The notes below the pieces were generated by a model. The model was not told the origin of the DNA. It saw only the letters and a list, made by a program, of their open reading frames with translations, and searched no databases. The position numbers were made by a program, and so were the translations under genes. A stretch of 64,000 nt of DNA from an uncultured Planctomycetota bacterium (GTDB taxonomy: Bacteria > Planctomycetota > Planctomycetia > Isosphaerales > Isosphaeraceae). The DNA lies in contig CAVTTN010000002.1 in assembly GCA_963737655.1 (NCBI GenBank), positions 4,704,001 through 4,768,000 on the forward strand. Direction: 5' to 3'. Below are positions 60,390 to 64,000 of the stretch, piece by piece. Numbering within the stretch: position 1 is the stretch's first letter; every line of letters starts with the position of its first letter.

Positions 60390-61688
60390 ATGACCGATCT
60401 TCCACCGATTGCCCAGGTCCGCCAAAGGCTCCACGGCCCCGAGGTCGCGAACGTCCCGCAAGCCATCGCCCAGACGATCCTCGCGTCCCGGATCCGCGAA
60501 CGCATCAGGCCGGGCGGCTCCGTGGCCCTGACGGTCGGCTCTCGGGGGATCGCCGGAATTGCTCAGATCGCCCAATCGGCCGTCGCGACCCTCCAGGCGC
60601 TCGGCTTCGCCCCGTTCGTAGTCGCCGCGATGGGCAGCCACGGCGGAGGGACGGCCGATGGCCAACGCGCCCTCCTCCGGGAGCTCGGCGTGACCGAGGA
60701 TTCGGTCGGCTGCCCGATCCGGTCGGACATGGAGACCGTCGAACTCGGGACGAACAGCTTCGGATTGCCGATCTGCTTCGACCGCAACGCCTTCCACGCC
60801 GACGGCATCGTCCTTTTGAACCGGATCAAGCCGCACACCTCGTTCACCGGACGCTACGAAAGCGGACTTTTGAAGATGCTGGCCATCGGCCTGGGCAAGC
60901 GCGAGGGGGCCGCGCAGGTCCACAAGCTCGGGCTGCCGGGCTTGGCCAAACTGCTTCCCGAAGTCGGCGGGTTCCTCCTCGGGACGACCCCGGTGGCGCT
61001 CGGCCTGGCCCTCCTGGAGAACGCCGAGGAGAAGACCGCCCGCGTGGTGGGCGTCGAGCCCGAGGACCTGCTCGAAATCGAACCAAAACTGCTCGACGAA
61101 GCACGAATCCTGATGGCTCGGCTGCCGTTCGAGCAGATGGACGCGCTGATCGTCGGCGAGCTCGGCAAGAACTACAGCGGGACCGGCCTCGACCCCAACG
61201 TGATCGGCCGGCAGAGGGTCGAGACGATGCCGGACTTGCCCCGGCCGGTCGTCACAAGGCTTGCCGTGCTCGACCTTTCGGACGAGACCAAGGGAAACGC
61301 CCTGGGGATCGGCCTGGCCGACCTGACCACCGATCGCCTCGTCCGAAGGATCGATCCCGAGCCGATGCGCATCAACTCGCTCACGAGCAACTTCTTGACC
61401 CGGGCCCGCGTCCCGCTTTCCCTGCCCACCGACCGCGACGTGATCGCCGCGAGCCTGGACACCTGCTGGAGGGCCGACCGGTCGGAGGCGAGGATGGTCC
61501 TGATCCCCAACACCCTCGAATTGACCTCGCTCTGGGTCACCCCGCCGATGGCAGACGAGGTCGAGGCGCATCCGAACCTCAAATTCGACACCGATTTCCG
61601 GCAAATCCCCCTGGACGAATCCGGCGCGCTGGACCAGGAATCGCTGTTCCCGGAGAGCGTCCGGGCAAGGCGAGGACACCGCCGATGA
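60390..61688 (+). CDS. LarA-like (lactate racemase N-terminal domain/DUF2088) protein
   Basis: VGSRGI, AMGSHGGGTADGQ, NRIKPHT, ESGLLKM.AIGLGK, SGTGLDPNVIGR. Confidence 0.8.
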   Translation: MTDLPPIAQVRQRLHGPEVANVPQAIAQTILASRIRERIRPGGSVALTVGSRGIAGIAQIAQSAVATLQALGFAPFVVAAMGSHGGGTADGQRALLRELGVTEDSVGCPIRSDMETVELGTNSFGLPICFDRNAFHADGIVLLNRIKPHTSFTGRYESGLLKMLAIGLGKREGAAQVHKLGLPGLAKLLPEVGGFLLGTTPVALGLALLENAEEKTARVVGVEPEDLLEIEPKLLDEARILMARLPFEQMDALIVGELGKNYSGTGLDPNVIGRQRVETMPDLPRPVVTRLAVLDLSDETKGNALGIGLADLTTDRLVRRIDPEPMRINSLTSNFLTRARVPLSLPTDRDVIAASLDTCWRADRSEARMVLIPNTLELTSLWVTPPMADEVEAHPNLKFDTDFRQIPLDESGALDQESLFPESVRARRGHRR

Positions 61689-62347
61689 ACCGACCCATCC
61701 TCGCCGTCGCGTTCGACCTCGACGGCCTGATGTTCGACACCGAGGCCCTGTTCTTCCAGGTCGCCCGCGACATGCTCGCCGATCGGGGCAAGGTCTTCAC
61801 CCACGAGATCATGGCGGCGATGATCGGCCGGCAGGCGGTGATCGCCTATCCGGCCATGAAGGCGATGGCCGAGCTGGACGACTCGCCCGAGGACCTCCTG
61901 GCCGAGGCCCGCTCGCGGTTCTTCGCCCGGCTGGATTCGGCCGTCCACCCCACGCCCGGCCTGTTCGCTTTATTGGAGCACCTGGAGCGTCGAAACCTGC
62001 CCCGGGCCGTCTGCACGTCGTCTCGACGGCTGTATGCCGAAGGATTGCTCGAGCGGCACGGCCTCGCAAAGCATTTCCAATTCACACTTTGCGCCGAGGA
62101 CGTGACCAGGAGCAAGCCGGACCCGGAAATCTACCTCTCGGCGGCAAGTCGGTTCGGGATCGACCCCGCCTCGCTCATGGTCCTGGAGGACAGCCCGGCG
62201 GGCGTCGCCTCGGCCAGGGCGGCCGGGGCGTTCACGGTCGGGATTCCCCACGACCACAGCCCCAGCACCGGGCTGGAAGCGGCCGATCAAATCGTCCCCA
62301 GGCTGGACGACCCGGGATTGCTCGCCCGGATCGACGCTCAGGGATAA
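61685..62347 (+). CDS. HAD-family phosphatase (beta-PGM/CbbY-like)
   Basis: FDLDGLMFDTE, KPDPEIY, LEDSPAG; ATGA overlap with the upstream gene. Confidence 0.9.
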   Translation: MNRPILAVAFDLDGLMFDTEALFFQVARDMLADRGKVFTHEIMAAMIGRQAVIAYPAMKAMAELDDSPEDLLAEARSRFFARLDSAVHPTPGLFALLEHLERRNLPRAVCTSSRRLYAEGLLERHGLAKHFQFTLCAEDVTRSKPDPEIYLSAASRFGIDPASLMVLEDSPAGVASARAAGAFTVGIPHDHSPSTGLEAADQIVPRLDDPGLLARIDAQG

Positions 62348-62799
62348 GCGTTGGGGTCGTCCACGGCCAGGACCTCGGCCGAGGCGGCGGCGTTGAGTTC
62401 GAGGTCGGCCGAGACGAAGGTCAGCGGCAGGCCCAACGCCACGCACTCCTCGAAAACGTCCAGGGCCGCCGCGAGCTGGATGGCGTCGGCCCCCCGCAGT
62501 CCGTGCTGCTCGGCGAGATCCTTCGCTTCGTCGATCAAGGGCCGGTTGAGGTCCGTGACGTGATACTCCGATCGCAAATCGTCACGAAAGGCCGCTCGGC
62601 TCGCGCGGGCATCGGCGGCCGGGATCGATCCGCCCCGCTCGCGGCGGGTGATCGCCGCGATGACCTCCACGATCGTGGTTCCGGCGACCCGAACCTCGTT
62701 CCCCGACAGGGGATCGGTCCGAGCAACGACCCATGAGCTTCCGGTCTCCGTGAGGTAACGCTTCACGAGTGCGCTGGAGTCGAAAAACGAGACCTCCAT
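62338..62799 (-). CDS. VapC-like PIN toxin
   Basis: FFDSSALVKRY..E.GS, LRGADAIQLAAA, FVSAD. Confidence 0.9.
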   Translation of the reverse strand: MEVSFFDSSALVKRYLTETGSSWVVARTDPLSGNEVRVAGTTIVEVIAAITRRERGGSIPAADARASRAAFRDDLRSEYHVTDLNRPLIDEAKDLAEQHGLRGADAIQLAAALDVFEECVALGLPLTFVSADLELNAAASAEVLAVDDPNAYP

Positions 62800-63093
62800 T
62801 TATCTTCGGTCCTCGATCAAGGTTTCCGAGACCGGCCTGCCCGGAACGTGGACCAGATTCCGGGGCATCGAATGGCGATCGGGCGGGATGGGATCGGGCA
62901 GCCGGCTCATCGACCCCTTGGCGACGAGCCTCCGATTGAGCTCGTCCACCCTCGCCCGGAACTCGTCCGCATCTCTCGGCGGAGGCAGGGGTTCGGCGGG
63001 CGCGTCGAATCGTCGGCGGATCTCCAGACGGCCTTCGGGCGGAAGGGCGCGGATCGCGGCCCAGATTTCCTCAACGGTCGTCGCGGCGGACAC
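62800..63093 (-). CDS. Cognate antitoxin
   Basis: GAGGAGG RBS; abuts vapC; C-terminal GRPVSETLIEDRR. Confidence 0.8.
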   Translation of the reverse strand: MSAATTVEEIWAAIRALPPEGRLEIRRRFDAPAEPLPPPRDADEFRARVDELNRRLVAKGSMSRLPDPIPPDRHSMPRNLVHVPGRPVSETLIEDRR

Positions 63094-63158
63094 GGTCTAG
63101 CCCTCCTCGTTTCGAGATCGGATGCGGCCGTTGGCGTTATCCTCGCCGCTCCATCGGA

Positions 63159-64000
63159 TCATCGCGACCCCTCGCCCCGATCTTCGCCCAGTTTCGCCCC
63201 CGAGAGCAAGGCCGAGCGGGCCACGACCGTCACCGAGCTCAACGACATGGCCGCCGCCGCCACCAGGGGCCCGAACCGGCCGAACAATCCCAGGGCCGCC
63301 ACGGGGATTCCCACGAGGTTGTAAGCAAACGCCCAGAACAGGTTCTGGCGAATCGCCGTGAGGGTCTTTCGGCCCAATCGCAGGGCCCGGGGGACGCTTC
63401 GGAGGTCGCCCGAGGCGATCACCACGTCCGCGGCGGCCTTGGCCACGTCCGTTCCCGTCCCCAGGGCGATCCCCACGTCGGCCGCCGCCAGCGCGGGGGC
63501 GTCATTCAGGCCGTCGCCGACCATCGCCACCCGCCCCCCTCGCTTCTGGAGGGCCGCGATCCGGTCGGCCTTGGCCTCGGGAAGGACTCCCGCCATCACC
63601 CGATCTTCCTTCAGTCCCAGAGATTGCGCCACGGCGAGCGCAGTCGCGAGGTTGTCGCCGGTCAGGAGGTGGACCTCGATCCCCTGCCTTTCCAGCGCCT
63701 CGACCGCGTCGCGGCTCGTCGGCTTGATCGCGTCGGAAAGGGCCACCGCACCGACGAGCCGGCCGTCCTCGGCGACCCGGAGGACGGTCGATCCGCCTCG
63801 CTCCCGGACCGCCGCCCATTCCGAGACCGGGCCCGCCTCGCCGACCCCCTCCTCGCGGAACAATGCCGCGGAACCGACCAGGACGCGATGGCCGCCGACC
63901 CGTGCCGACACGCCCCGCCCCCGGATCGCCCGGAATTCACTGGTCGCGAGGCCGTCGGCGAACGGTTCCAGGGCGCGGGCCAACGGATGCTCGCTGCCGG
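63159..64000 (-). CDS. Heavy-metal P1B-type ATPase (CopA-like), C-terminal part; 5' end outside the window
   Basis: SEHPLA, LTGDN, MVGDGLNDAPALA, RQNLFWAFAYN, AAMSLSS. Confidence 0.92.
   Translation of the reverse strand, partial: GSEHPLARALEPFADGLATSEFRAIRGRGVSARVGGHRVLVGSAALFREEGVGEAGPVSEWAAVRERGGSTVLRVAEDGRLVGAVALSDAIKPTSRDAVEALERQGIEVHLLTGDNLATALAVAQSLGLKEDRVMAGVLPEAKADRIAALQKRGGRVAMVGDGLNDAPALAAADVGIALGTGTDVAKAAADVVIASGDLRSVPRALRLGRKTLTAIRQNLFWAFAYNLVGIPVAALGLFGRFGPLVAAAAMSLSSVTVVARSALLSGAKLGEDRGEGSR

Overview
High-GC bacterial DNA with planctomycete hallmarks: a DUF1559 prepilin-like protein, LExRxLL(S) export motifs, a Ser/Thr kinase-WD40 protein and a planctomycete-type sigma-70. An Isosphaeraceae-like origin is inferred, not shown. 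The window is mostly chromosomal backbone: htpG, plsX-fabD, dps, rpoN, ffs(SRP RNA)-dnaX-ybaB-recR and fabG-acpP-fabF. It also holds carbohydrate-active enzymes, a general-stress cluster, two PIN toxin-antitoxin loci and several uncharacterised operons. About 11 genes, including the normally essential fabD, carry small indels that look like sequencing or assembly errors. The most notable signals are: (1) an in-frame A9G slippery run in dnaX with stops close by in both shifted frames, suggesting programmed tau/gamma recoding; (2) a three-gene module of a YLDPGSG micro-protein, a kinase-like/SAM-methyltransferase fusion (NoeA-like) and a membrane alkaline-phosphatase-superfamily enzyme; (3) a 147-bp MITE with perfect 27-bp TGT...ACA terminal repeats and a 4-bp target duplication; (4) at least six REP/REPIN hairpin families, two of which share a 26-bp tandem spacing; (5) a frameshift-hidden NlpC/P60-like amidase near an immunity-like lipoprotein; (6) sigma-54-type -24/-12 sites in front of stress genes; (7) exported Cys-rich and Gly-loop proteins. 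All family assignments come from reading motifs by eye; no database searches were run.
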